Program-made: the position numbers and the translations under genes
DNA from: a bacterium
Lineage (GTDB): Bacteria > Pseudomonadota > Alphaproteobacteria > Rhizobiales > Aestuariivirgaceae
Assembly: GCA_022842165.1 (NCBI GenBank)
Contig: JALHQC010000015.1
Location: forward strand, 12,030 to 76,029
Length of the DNA: 64,000 nt
Direction of reading: 5' to 3'
Part shown: positions 20,593-29,796 of the stretch, in pieces
Position numbering within the stretch: the first letter of the stretch is position 1
Layout: the number at the start of each line of letters is the position of its first letter
The notes under the pieces: generated by a model
Told to the model about the DNA's origin: nothing
Databases searched by the model: none
Seen by the model: the letters and a program-made list of their open reading frames with translations, nothing else

Positions 20593-21747
20593 ATGAAAAT
20601 CAAACTGCCGAAGTCCGATGGCTCCACCGAAACCTATGTTCTCGAGGGCGAACCGCTGCCGGCGCGAAAGCCGCGCGCGCCTTTCAACCGCGTGGCCCTT
20701 GCCGCCGCGCATGTGGTGGCAGATCCCCTTACCGGTGCGGACCCATCAGGCTCCCCCGCCATAGACTGGGAGAGAACGCTGGCCTTCCGCTCCCACCTGC
20801 TCGACCTCGGCTTCGGCATTGCCGAGGCCATGGATACCTCGCAGCGTGGCATGGGGCTCGACTGGCCGCGGGCGCTCGAGCTGATCGGGCATTCGCTGAA
20901 ATCGGCCGGCAAGCGCGCAGGGATGATCTATTCGGGCTGCGGAACCGACCAGTTGCCGATCGCCGAAGCCCGCACGCTCGACGATGTGATCCGCGCTTAT
21001 CTGGAGCAGTTTCATGCGGTACAGAAGCGCGATGGCCGCGTGATCATGATGGCCAGCCGCGCGCTACTGCGGGTTGCGCGCTCGCCAGACGATTATGTGA
21101 AGGTCTATTCGCGTGTTCTGGCCGAAGCCGATCGTCCGGTGATCCTGCACTGGCTGGGCGGCATGTTCGACCCGGCGCTGCACGGATATTGGGGAACGGA
21201 TGACCTTGGAGCGGCCATGGAAACCTGCCTCGCGGCGATTGCCGGAAACGCGGCAAGGATCGACGGTATCAAGATCTCGCTGCTCGACGACGCGAGGGAA
21301 ATCGCAATGCGGCGGCGTTTACCCGAGGGTGTCAAGATGTACACCGGCGACGACTTCAACTATCCAAAACTCATTGCCGGAGACGATCAAGGATACTCGC
21401 ACGCCCTGCTTGGAATATTCGATGCAATCGCGCCTGCTGCCTCCGCGGCGCTGTCCGCGCTCGCCCGTGGGAACATGACGAAGTACGAGGCGCTGATGGC
21501 GCCGACCGTGCCGTTGTCACGCCTGATTTTCCGCGCGCCGACCCAGTACTACAAGACGGGCATCGTATTTCTCGCCTGGCTCAACGGCCATCAGAATCAC
21601 TTCGTGATGGTGGGCGGCGCGCAGGCGATGCGGCCACTTCCCTATTTCACAGAAATCTTCAAGCTTGCCGATCAGGCAGGACTTCTGGCCGACCCGCCGC
21701 GCGCTGCCAGACGGATGAAGCAGATGCTTTGTCTCTATGGCGCGTGA
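20593..21747 (+). CDS. DUF993 / dihydrodipicolinate synthase-like protein
   Basis: AAAHVVADPL, AEAMDTSQRGMGLDW, ILHWLG, GIKISLLD, YTGDDFNYP, SHALLGIFD. Confidence 0.8.
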   Translation: MKIKLPKSDGSTETYVLEGEPLPARKPRAPFNRVALAAAHVVADPLTGADPSGSPAIDWERTLAFRSHLLDLGFGIAEAMDTSQRGMGLDWPRALELIGHSLKSAGKRAGMIYSGCGTDQLPIAEARTLDDVIRAYLEQFHAVQKRDGRVIMMASRALLRVARSPDDYVKVYSRVLAEADRPVILHWLGGMFDPALHGYWGTDDLGAAMETCLAAIAGNAARIDGIKISLLDDAREIAMRRRLPEGVKMYTGDDFNYPKLIAGDDQGYSHALLGIFDAIAPAASAALSALARGNMTKYEALMAPTVPLSRLIFRAPTQYYKTGIVFLAWLNGHQNHFVMVGGAQAMRPLPYFTEIFKLADQAGLLADPPRAARRMKQMLCLYGA

Positions 21748-22601
21748 TGCGCGATCTCGGGAAACATCCGGAGGCCTGTTCCATCAACACCGCCACACTC
21801 GGGTTTCAGGCACCCATCGAAACCGTCATCGACGCCGTTGCGCGCGCCGGGTTCGGCGGCATCGCACCATGGCGAAGGGAGGTGGAGGGCCATGACGTAT
21901 CAGCAATTGCGCGCCGCATCCGCGAGGCCGGGCTGACGGTTTCAGGCTATTGCCGCAGCACGTATATTCCTGCGCTGACTGAACATGACTACAAGGCGAA
22001 TGTCGCGGCAAACCGGCGCGCCATCGATGATGCAGCTGCACTTGGATCGCCGTGTTTCGTAATGGTGGTCGGCGGCCTGCCGGAAGGATCGAAGGATATC
22101 TCAGGAGCGCGGCGGCAGGTGGCGGAAGCTACCGCCCTGCTGCTCGATCACGGTAAGAATGCCGGCGTGAAAATCGCGTTGGAGCCCCTGCATCCCGTCT
22201 ATGCGGCGGAGCGGTCCTGCCTGTCGCTGCTGTCGGAAGCGCTCGATCTATGCGCCCTGATCGAAGGCAATTGCAGCGATCCCTGGCTTGGCACAATTGT
22301 CGATGTCTATCATTTGTGGTGGGATCCCAATCTTTCGCGAGATTTGGCGCGTGCGGGACGGGAAAACCGCATCCTCGGCTTTCACGCTTGCGACTGGCTC
22401 GTGCCTACTTCGGACATTCTCAACGACCGCGGCATGATGGGCGATGGCGTTATCGATGTGCCGCAGATCCGTCAAATGGTGGAAGACAGTGGCTACGAAG
22501 GGTCCGTCGAGGTCGAAATCTTCTCCGTCAATAACTGGTGGAGACGCCCGATCGACGAGACTCTGAGGACTTGCCGCGAGAGACTGGCCACCTCTACTTA
22601 G
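21747..22601 (+). CDS. Sugar phosphate isomerase/epimerase family TIM barrel
   Basis: SINTAT, ALEPLHP, DVYHLWWD, FHACDW, DRGMMGDGVID, EVEIFS. Confidence 0.85.
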   Translation: MRDLGKHPEACSINTATLGFQAPIETVIDAVARAGFGGIAPWRREVEGHDVSAIARRIREAGLTVSGYCRSTYIPALTEHDYKANVAANRRAIDDAAALGSPCFVMVVGGLPEGSKDISGARRQVAEATALLLDHGKNAGVKIALEPLHPVYAAERSCLSLLSEALDLCALIEGNCSDPWLGTIVDVYHLWWDPNLSRDLARAGRENRILGFHACDWLVPTSDILNDRGMMGDGVIDVPQIRQMVEDSGYEGSVEVEIFSVNNWWRRPIDETLRTCRERLATST

Positions 22602-23437
22602 TCCCAGCGCCCGTTCATCCAGGACGGACTGACAAGTCGGCCACCGCGCGTGCCGAGCGACGAAAGTGCCGTCATGTCATGGCCGGACAGTTCAAAACCC
22701 GTGGCATTGAGGTTCGACAGCGCATTGCCGCGCTTCGTGGTCATCGGAATTGCGGCGACGCCTTGCTGAAGGATCCAGCGCAACACGATCTCGGAAGCCG
22801 GCCGGCCGTATGCCGACGCCATGGCCCGAATAAGTTCTGCCTGCAGGGCCTTACCGCGTGCAAGCGGGCAATAGGCGGTGAGAGTGATGCCAAGGTCTCG
22901 TGCTTCTTTCAAAACCTCCCGCTGGTCGAGCAGCGGATGGAATTCAACCTGATTTGCAATGATCGCGCCCTGAGCGACGGTCTGCGCGCGGCGCATCATG
23001 GCAGGCGTGAAGTTGCTCACGCCGATGGCGCGGGCCATGCCCTTGTTCTTTTCCTCGACCAGACGCCCGACAACGGCATCAAGGTCTTCATCCGGAGGCG
23101 GCCAATGAATGAGCAGCAGATCGGGCGGACCGCCGAGGTCTTCCACCGAACGCGCGACCGATGCCGCGAAGCGGGATTGGGACAGATTGGAGGGATCGAC
23201 CTTGGTGACGACATAAACCTGTTCGCGAGGAATGCCCGAGGCGCGCAGCGCCTTTGCCACATCCGCCTCGTTAGCGTACATTTGTGCAGTGTCGATGTGG
23301 CGAAGGCCGATCTCCAGCGCCATTGCCACGGCGCGGGTCGCGTCGTCGCCGCGAAGCGGAAAGGTGCCTAGGCCAAGCGCCGGAATCCCATTCGGCAGGA
23401 TCGGAATTACAGGTGCTGCCGGCATTTGTGTTTCCAC
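22598..23437 (-). CDS. Aldo/keto reductase (2,5-DKG reductase-like)
   Basis: LGLGT, HIDTAQMY.NE, VTKV, DLLLIHWP, IGVSNF, NQVEFHP. Confidence 0.88.
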   Translation of the reverse strand: METQMPAAPVIPILPNGIPALGLGTFPLRGDDATRAVAMALEIGLRHIDTAQMYANEADVAKALRASGIPREQVYVVTKVDPSNLSQSRFAASVARSVEDLGGPPDLLLIHWPPPDEDLDAVVGRLVEEKNKGMARAIGVSNFTPAMMRRAQTVAQGAIIANQVEFHPLLDQREVLKEARDLGITLTAYCPLARGKALQAELIRAMASAYGRPASEIVLRWILQQGVAAIPMTTKRGNALSNLNATGFELSGHDMTALSSLGTRGGRLVSPSWMNGRWD

Positions 23438-23454
23438 GGCATTTGATGTTTACT

Positions 23455-23468
23455 GAACCGACTGGTTA
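23455..23468. promoter_or_regulatory. Second, degenerate copy of the TAACCAnnTGGTTA operator
   Basis: GAACCG-AC-TGGTTA (2 mismatches) in the divergent intergenic region between the AKR and acyl-CoA dehydrogenase genes. Confidence 0.55.
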
Positions 23469-23543
23469 CTTCATTGCCAGCGCCTGTCAAGCGCACCGCG
23501 GGGCCTGCCGCAGCGCAATCGATGCAACGCCGCAGGATCGTTT

Positions 23544-24710
23544 ATGACCACGACGCCCTTCTTCATCCCGACGTCGAAGCTTTCTTCCGATGTTTACGCA
23601 CAGATACAGGATACGGCGCGCCGCTTCGCTGCGGACAGAGTCAGGCCGCATGCAGCGGAGCTCGACGAAAGCGAGCGCTTTCCCGCCGAAATCTATGCCG
23701 GGATGGCCGAAGCGGGGCTATTCGGCATTACGGTGCCCGAAGCACTCGGGGGCGCGGGGCTCGACACCCTGTCATATGCGCTTGTGATGGAGGAATTGTC
23801 CCAGGGCTATGCCTCGGTTGCGGATCAGTGCGGGCTGGTCGAACTGATCGGCACCCTGCTCTCGGTTCACGGTTCGGACAGCCAGCGGACGCAATGGCTG
23901 CGCGATGTGCTGTCGGCGCGCAAGCGTGTGGCCTACTGCATCACCGAAGCCGAGGCTGGCAGCGATGTCTCGGGCGTCAAGACGACTGCCGTCCGCGACG
24001 GATCCGGCTGGCTGCTGTCTGGTTCGAAAATCTGGATTCACAACGCGCCGGTCGCGGATGTCGCGTTCGTCCTGGCACGAACCGACCCCGCGTTAGGACA
24101 CCGGGGCATGTCGATCTTCATCGTCGACCTCGCAGCCGAGGGGGTCTCGCGCGGCAGGAAGGAATCCAAGATGGGGCAGCGTGCGTCGCCGGTGGGCTCA
24201 CTCCACTTCGAAAGTGTGAGGCTCGGTGGTGATGCCATTCTGGGCGAGATGAACCGGGGCTTCCACATCATGATGAGCGTACTCGACAAGGGCCGTATCG
24301 GGATCGGCGCGCTGGCTGTGGGCATTGCGCAGGCGGGACTCGACGCCGCCGTTGGCTATGCAAAAACCCGCAGGCAGTTCGGCAGGCCTGTAGCCGAGAA
24401 CCAGGGGCTGCAGTGGCTTCTTGCCGACATGAAGAAAGATATCACCGCGGCCCGCGCACTCGTTCAGCGGGCGGCAATGATCATGGATGCGGGTCTGCCC
24501 GCGACAAGCGACTGCTCGATTGCCAAATGCTTTGCCAGCGATGTGGCGGTGGCACATGCCGCCAATGCCGTACAGGTGTTCGGCGGCTCGGGCTATATCC
24601 GGGGTTTCGAGGTCGAGCGGCTCTACCGCGACGCCAAGATCACCCAGATCTACGAAGGCACAAACCAGATCCAGCGGACGATCATTGCACGCGAATTGCT
24701 GAAAGACTGA
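23544..24710 (+). CDS. Acyl-CoA dehydrogenase
   Basis: YCITEAEAGSD, GSKIWIHN, KMGQRAS, FGGSGY, IYEGTNQIQR. Confidence 0.92.
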   Translation: MTTTPFFIPTSKLSSDVYAQIQDTARRFAADRVRPHAAELDESERFPAEIYAGMAEAGLFGITVPEALGGAGLDTLSYALVMEELSQGYASVADQCGLVELIGTLLSVHGSDSQRTQWLRDVLSARKRVAYCITEAEAGSDVSGVKTTAVRDGSGWLLSGSKIWIHNAPVADVAFVLARTDPALGHRGMSIFIVDLAAEGVSRGRKESKMGQRASPVGSLHFESVRLGGDAILGEMNRGFHIMMSVLDKGRIGIGALAVGIAQAGLDAAVGYAKTRRQFGRPVAENQGLQWLLADMKKDITAARALVQRAAMIMDAGLPATSDCSIAKCFASDVAVAHAANAVQVFGGSGYIRGFEVERLYRDAKITQIYEGTNQIQRTIIARELLKD

Positions 24711-24711
24711 C

Positions 24712-25152
24712 ATGCTCGAGGCGCTGAATGCAAGTGTCGGACAAAGCGTGACGTGCTCCAAGACCGTGGGCGAGAGCGACGTCTATCTCTTTGCCGGCAT
24801 AACAGGAGACCTGTCTCCCAACCACGTGGACGAAGCCGCCATGAGCAGGACGACCTATGGACACCGCATCGCTCACGGCGCCCTGCTGGTGGGCTACATG
24901 TCGCGGGCTTCGACCATGATCTGCGACGCCTGCGGGCCGCTGATGGCGACGCATCTACCGGTGTCGCTGGGTTATGACCGGGTCCGCTTCGTAAGGGCTG
25001 TGCTCATCGGCGACACAATCACGATCGATTACAGGATCAGCGGGATCGATGCCGGCAAGCTCAGAACGATGGCCGACATAGAGCTGCGCAACCAGAGCGG
25101 GGCTGTCTGCGCTGTCGCGGTGCATGTCATGCAGTGGATACTGCGAAGCTGA
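24712..25152 (+). CDS. MaoC-family (R)-enoyl-CoA hydratase-like protein
   Basis: FAGITGDLSPNH.D and IAHGAL hydratase-2 motif. Confidence 0.85.
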   Translation: MLEALNASVGQSVTCSKTVGESDVYLFAGITGDLSPNHVDEAAMSRTTYGHRIAHGALLVGYMSRASTMICDACGPLMATHLPVSLGYDRVRFVRAVLIGDTITIDYRISGIDAGKLRTMADIELRNQSGAVCAVAVHVMQWILRS

Positions 25153-25175
25153 ACACCCCCCTGCCGCAACCCGGT

Positions 25176-25200
25176 GGAACCTTTGCCGCCCTGTAGCATT
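25176..25200 (+). promoter_or_regulatory. EcfG/sigmaT-type promoter for the AI-2E gene
   Basis: GGAAC-N16-CATT. Confidence 0.7.
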
Positions 25201-25289
25201 TTAGGGTTGTATCGGCATACTTCGCATCCAGCTCACGCGGGAGTGCCGCATCCTTCATAAAGCCCTGAGCGGCATCTTCGAGGAACAGA

Positions 25290-27098
25290 ATGAGGCCTTT
25301 GCCCGCCGTGGTCTACCGCGAACAGAGCCTTGGCCCAGCGCCTGGACAGGCGCTCGTCAATGGTCTCTTCATATTTCTCGGCATCTGCGCCATTCTGTAC
25401 TTCGGGAGCGACATTCTCATTCCCGTGGCGCTTGCGGTTCTGCTGTCCATCCTGCTGGCGCCCGTCGTTTCGCTGTTGCAACGCTTGCGCCTGCCGAAAA
25501 CGCTTGCCGCCCTCACAACGGTATTTCTCGCGTTTCTGGTGCTCTCCGTGGTCGCTGCGGTTGTGGCCTCCACCCTCACCAACCTGGCTGCGGATCTCCC
25601 AAGTTATGAATCCAGCCTGCGGGAGAAAGCCCAGAACCTGAAGCAGATGACGTCGGGTAGCGGCACGCTGGAGCGCGCCGCGAATGTGCTGGAGGATCTT
25701 CGCACCGAGCTCGAAACGCAGGGGCCAGGCGCGGCGGGCACTGCCGCAGTACAGAAACCGATTCCGGTCGAGGTTCGGGAGCCAGGATATGGGCCGTTCG
25801 ATTCGGTCTTCGCAATTCTTGGCATTCTGATCCATCCGCTGACGCAACTCGGCATCGTGGTGCTTATGGTGACGTTCATCCTCATCTACCGCGAGGATTT
25901 GCGAAACCGTCTCATCAGGCTTGCAGGCACGGGTGATCTTCACCGCACCACGACGGCGCTCGACGAGGCGGGCCACAGGCTGAGCCGCCTGTTCGCAACC
26001 CAGCTGATGATCAACGGGCTGACCGGAGCCTTCATCGGAACGGCACTGTTCTTCATCGGCGTGCCGGGAGCGATATTGTGGGGCGTCCTCACCACCGTCC
26101 TGCGCTTCGTGCCCTATGTCGGTACCTTCCTCGCCTCGATATTTCCCATCATCATCGCCGTTGCGGTCGGCGACGGGTGGACGCTCGCCTTCATGACGCT
26201 GGGCGTGGTGCTGGTGACCGAAACCCTCGTCGGACACGTGCTAGAGCCTCTGTTCTTCGGTAAAACCACCGGGCTTTCTCCAGTTGCCATCGTGGCCTCC
26301 GCGGCGTTCTGGACGGCATTGTGGGGCCCTATCGGACTGGTCCTGGCAACGCCCATCACCATCATGCTTCTGGTGGTCGGCCGCCATATCGAGGCCCTTC
26401 AGTTTCTCGAAGTGCTGCTGGGATCGACGCCGGTGCTGACGCCGGATCACGCCTTCTATCAAAGAATGCTCGCCAACGATCCCATCGAGGCGGCAGAACA
26501 TGCGGAGACCTATCGCGAGGCAGGCGAACTGGACAAGTACATGACCGATGTGGTCATTCCCGGACTGCAGCTCGCGCAGTTCGACAAGGACCGGAAGGTG
26601 CTGACGCCGGAACGCGAAGTGTCGGTCGTGTCCACCTACTCGCGCCTCCTTGACGACATCTGGCCCGAGAATGACGAGGCAGAGGATGCGGCGTCCACGG
26701 TGTTTCTGATCTCGGCGCATGGCGCGTTGAACTTTGCGGCGACGCTCTCGGTTTCGGCCTATCTGAGGCTGAAGAATATTCCGCACCGCATGCTGCCGGA
26801 AGATGCCATCATGCCGGGCAAGTTTCCTGAGGACGCCGCGGCAGACGCTGCCTATGTGTGCCTCTGCTATCTGCAATCCCCCTCCGCGGCGAAGTATTCA
26901 TATCTCGAGAAGCGCATCGCGGCGCGGCTGCCAGATGCGAAGATTCTCGGTCTCGCGTGGGTCGATACCGAGGGTGGGCGCACCATGATCAACCCTGAGC
27001 ATGCCGCGGGCCTGTTGCCGTCCGCCGCCAGCGGCAGCAGCGAAATGATAGAGAACACGGCTCAGGAATCGCTTGATCTTTCTACCGTAACGTCTTGA
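25290..27098 (+). CDS. AI-2E family transporter with C-terminal soluble extension
   Basis: LIPVALAVLL.ILLAP, LRFVPYVG, EP..FG.TTGLSP.A, GPIGLVLATP. Confidence 0.88.
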   Translation: MRPLPAVVYREQSLGPAPGQALVNGLFIFLGICAILYFGSDILIPVALAVLLSILLAPVVSLLQRLRLPKTLAALTTVFLAFLVLSVVAAVVASTLTNLAADLPSYESSLREKAQNLKQMTSGSGTLERAANVLEDLRTELETQGPGAAGTAAVQKPIPVEVREPGYGPFDSVFAILGILIHPLTQLGIVVLMVTFILIYREDLRNRLIRLAGTGDLHRTTTALDEAGHRLSRLFATQLMINGLTGAFIGTALFFIGVPGAILWGVLTTVLRFVPYVGTFLASIFPIIIAVAVGDGWTLAFMTLGVVLVTETLVGHVLEPLFFGKTTGLSPVAIVASAAFWTALWGPIGLVLATPITIMLLVVGRHIEALQFLEVLLGSTPVLTPDHAFYQRMLANDPIEAAEHAETYREAGELDKYMTDVVIPGLQLAQFDKDRKVLTPEREVSVVSTYSRLLDDIWPENDEAEDAASTVFLISAHGALNFAATLSVSAYLRLKNIPHRMLPEDAIMPGKFPEDAAADAAYVCLCYLQSPSAAKYSYLEKRIAARLPDAKILGLAWVDTEGGRTMINPEHAAGLLPSAASGSSEMIENTAQESLDLSTVTS

Positions 27099-27148
27099 TC
27101 TTGCACATTGAATTTGGCGGACTGTCGCGTGTCGCGGCGGGCATCCTT

Positions 27149-27173
27149 GGAACTCCGATGTGGTTTGGCCGTT
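27149..27173 (+). promoter_or_regulatory. EcfG-type promoter for csbD
   Basis: GGAAC-N16-CGTT, perfect consensus. Confidence 0.85.
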
Positions 27174-27241
27174 TAAGTTTGCGATGGCGCTGCCAAGTGC
27201 CAACAGCATTTCGACTTCAACTTTTTTAGAGGAGAGCAATC

Positions 27242-27439
27242 ATGGATTGGGATCGGATCGAAGGAAGCTGGAAGACGTTCAAAGGCAAGGCCAAGACCCA
27301 GTGGGGCAAACTTACCGATGATGATCTCGATGTCATCGAAGGCCGCCGCGATGAACTGGAAGGCCGGTTGCAGAGTGCGTATGGGTATGAAAAGGATCGC
27401 GCCCGCACGGAAGTCGATAGCTGGATGAAATCGCTCTAG
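27242..27439 (+). CDS. csbD: CsbD family general stress protein
   Basis: MDWDRIEGSWK.FKGK.K.QWGKLTDDDL..IEGRR. Confidence 0.92.
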   Translation: MDWDRIEGSWKTFKGKAKTQWGKLTDDDLDVIEGRRDELEGRLQSAYGYEKDRARTEVDSWMKSL

Positions 27440-27655
27440 CGGACACTTCTCATCGGCGATCAGACAGAGGAAAACTGATCATGCGCTTCGTTACAACCAC
27501 TGCTATGGCGGTATGTCGGTTTGCAGCCTTGCCGTTCGCCGGAAGTCTGGCCAAGGACGCATTGCAGAAGAGCCGCATTTCTATCGATAGGAACAGGCTC
27601 GTAAGCAGGTACCGCCTATAAGTCTTTTGCACTGCAATCACTTGTATCATGTTAT

Positions 27656-27687
27656 AAGGGCCCGGACATTGCATCCGGGCCCTTTTT
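27656..27687 (+). terminator. Intrinsic terminator (probably bidirectional) between csbD and DUF1328
   Basis: 11-bp stem AAGGGCCCGGA/TCCGGGCCCTT followed by a T run. Confidence 0.75.
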
Positions 27688-27703
27688 CCGTTCTGCGAAA
27701 CTG

Positions 27704-27883
27704 TCAAGCCTTTCGTACAGCGCTGATGATGAACGACAGGATGGCAATCACGATCGCCACCCAGAACACGATCTTGGCGCCTTCCATCGCAGTGCCTGCG
27801 ACGCCGCCAAAGCCCAGAAGTGCGGCGATGATGGCCACGACCAGGAAGATGATCGCCCAGTGAAGCAAGTTGGAAAAATTCAT
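27704..27883 (-). CDS. DUF1328 small membrane protein
   Basis: [27 protein letters not shown]. Confidence 0.88.
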   Translation of the reverse strand: MNFSNLLHWAIIFLVVAIIAALLGFGGVAGTAMEGAKIVFWVAIVIAILSFIISAVRKA

Positions 27884-27933
27884 GATCTTGTCTCCGTCAA
27901 AGGATGGCAGACAGCTGGCATCCGTGCGTTGAC

Positions 27934-27958
27934 AATGTGGCGGCGACGGCGAAGTTCC
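27934..27958 (-). promoter_or_regulatory. EcfG-type promoter for DUF1328
   Basis: Minus strand GGAAC-N16-CATT. Confidence 0.75.
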
Positions 27959-27973
27959 CCTCGACCGCAACAC

Positions 27974-28573
27974 TCATTCGACAGTGCTGCGCACGGCCAA
28001 CGCGGCCTGGACGCGCGGCTCCACTCCGAACTCCGAAGTATCCTTCAGGTGCAGCAGCTCCCCGAGCTTGACACGCGCACGATTGACGCGGCTCTTGATC
28101 GTGCCAACCGCGACTCCGCATATCGCTGCCGCTTCCTCGTAGGACATGTCATTGGCGCTGACCAGAAGCAGCGCTTCGCGCTGATCGACCGGCAGCAGGC
28201 CAAGGGCAACCCGCATGTCGCTCAAATCCATGTAGCTATGCTGGGCCGGGTGAACGCCGACGTTGGCCGCGATAACGCCATCGGCGTCCTCGACCTCGCG
28301 CTTGCGTTTCCGGAATACAGTGTAGAACTCGTTCCGCAGGATGGTGAACAGCCATGCCTTGAGCTTGGTACCCGGTTCGAAGCTGGACCGGTTGGCCCAC
28401 GCCTTCATCAAGGTTTCCTGCACGAGGTCATCCGCGCGGTCGACCTTGCCAGTGAGCGAAATTGCGAAGGCCCTGAGCGGAGGAATAAACGCAATGAGAT
28501 CGTTCTTGAACTCACGATCGCTCATGGGAGACAAAACACTCCGGCCTGCGAATGACTTGACAACCTCAGTCAA
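27974..28573 (-). CDS. ecfG: ECF sigma factor EcfG/SigT (general stress response)
   Basis: LRAFAISL, ADDLVQETL.KAW, AWLFTILRN, GTIKSRVNRAR; downstream of nepR. TTG start overlaps the nepR stop; alternative ATG at 28525. Confidence 0.88.
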   Translation of the reverse strand: MTEVVKSFAGRSVLSPMSDREFKNDLIAFIPPLRAFAISLTGKVDRADDLVQETLMKAWANRSSFEPGTKLKAWLFTILRNEFYTVFRKRKREVEDADGVIAANVGVHPAQHSYMDLSDMRVALGLLPVDQREALLLVSANDMSYEEAAAICGVAVGTIKSRVNRARVKLGELLHLKDTSEFGVEPRVQAALAVRSTVE

Positions 28574-28743
28574 TCTTCACGCTCATCTGCCTTGTCGAGA
28601 TCCTGAAGGAGATCCAAAAACCGCTGCGGCACTTCCTGCCGGGAAATATCATCGTAATAGGCTCTGAGCTTTGTGCTCACAGCCTCCTTGACCACATGCT
28701 GGGCAGCAGAGGCCCTTGTCTTCTTCACTGGTTTGTCGCTCAT
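28570..28743 (-). CDS. nepR: Anti-sigma factor NepR
   Basis: KLRAYYDDI..QEVPQRFLDLL motif; lies between phyR and ecfG. Confidence 0.88.
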   Translation of the reverse strand: MSDKPVKKTRASAAQHVVKEAVSTKLRAYYDDISRQEVPQRFLDLLQDLDKADERED

Positions 28744-28797
28744 TTTTCCGATTTCGCGCGTACCCACCGCCGTCCGGGCAGCGGTCTGATGTTATAA

Positions 28798-28822
28798 AAT
28801 GCATTCAAACGCATCTTGTTCC
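28798..28822 (-). promoter_or_regulatory. EcfG-type promoter for nepR-ecfG
   Basis: Minus strand GGAAC-N16-CATT. Confidence 0.8.
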
Positions 28823-28841
28823 AATAAACTTGAAAAAATGT

Positions 28842-28866
28842 GGAACCGGACGATAAGTTTGGCGTT
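28842..28866 (+). promoter_or_regulatory. EcfG-type promoter for phyR
   Basis: GGAAC-N16-CGTT. Confidence 0.85.
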
Positions 28867-28923
28867 ATTGCATGACAGTCTCTATCAGGGAGGGCCGTGG
28901 CGTCAAGCCATGCCGTTGAATTC

Positions 28924-29718
28924 ATGAGTTTATCTGCCTCTGTTGCGCCGCACCTGCCTTTCTTGCGGCGCTTTGCGCGGGCTTTGACCGGTACCCAGGC
29001 GAGTGGCGATACCTATGTCGCTGCGGTGCTTGAAAGCTTGATTGCCGATCCGTCAATCCTGACGGGCTCAAGCAATCCCAAAATCACCCTCTATCAGACG
29101 CTTTGCACCTTGTGGGGATCGCTGCCGGTTAATGGCGGAAGTGACGTTGGTCAGCCAAGCTGGGAGGCAACAGTTCAGGGCCGCCTCGCCCATCTTCCGG
29201 GACCAGCCCGCCAGGTCTTCCTTCTATCGGCGGTTGAGGGATTCGATCGCCGCGATATCGCGAGGATCGTCAAGCAGACTGACAGCGAGGTCGATGCTCT
29301 CTTCGAGGAAGCCAACCAGCAGATCTCCGAGATGATCGCAAGCGACATTCTCATCATCGAGGACGAGCCGCTTATCGCGCTCGACATCGAAGACACGATT
29401 ACTTCACTTGGCCACCGGTCGGTCGGCATCGCGCGCACGCACAAGGAAGCTGTGAAGCTGGCGCGCGAGACGAATCCGCAGCTTGTACTGTCGGACATTC
29501 AACTCGCCGACGGCAGCTCCGGGATCGACGCCGTCAACGACATACTCCAGAGTTTCGATGTGCCGGTGATCTTCATCACGGCTTTCCCCGAACGTCTGCT
29601 GACCGGCGAGCGCCCTGAACCGGCGTTCCTCATCACCAAACCATTCTCGCCTGAAATGGTAAAGGCCCTCATCGCGCAAGCTTTGTTCTTCGACCTGCGC
29701 TCCAAAAAAGCGGCATAG
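28924..29718 (+). CDS. phyR: PhyR anti-anti-sigma response regulator
   Basis: N-terminal sigma-like domain (LPFLRRFARALTG) plus receiver (IEDEPLIALDI, SDIQLADGSSG, FITAFPERLLTGERPEP). Confidence 0.95.
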   Translation: MSLSASVAPHLPFLRRFARALTGTQASGDTYVAAVLESLIADPSILTGSSNPKITLYQTLCTLWGSLPVNGGSDVGQPSWEATVQGRLAHLPGPARQVFLLSAVEGFDRRDIARIVKQTDSEVDALFEEANQQISEMIASDILIIEDEPLIALDIEDTITSLGHRSVGIARTHKEAVKLARETNPQLVLSDIQLADGSSGIDAVNDILQSFDVPVIFITAFPERLLTGERPEPAFLITKPFSPEMVKALIAQALFFDLRSKKAA

Positions 29719-29735
29719 CAAGCCTTTCGACATGC

Positions 29736-29760
29736 AAAAGGACCCGGCGTGACCGGGTCC
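29736..29760 (-). terminator. Intrinsic terminator for the micropeptide gene (may also serve phyR)
   Basis: 8-bp stem GGACCCGG/CCGGGTCC with AAAA on the plus strand (U tract on the minus strand). Confidence 0.7.
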
Positions 29761-29796
29761 GGTATGGTTCTTTCCGTGTGCCGTTCCTGAATCGTC

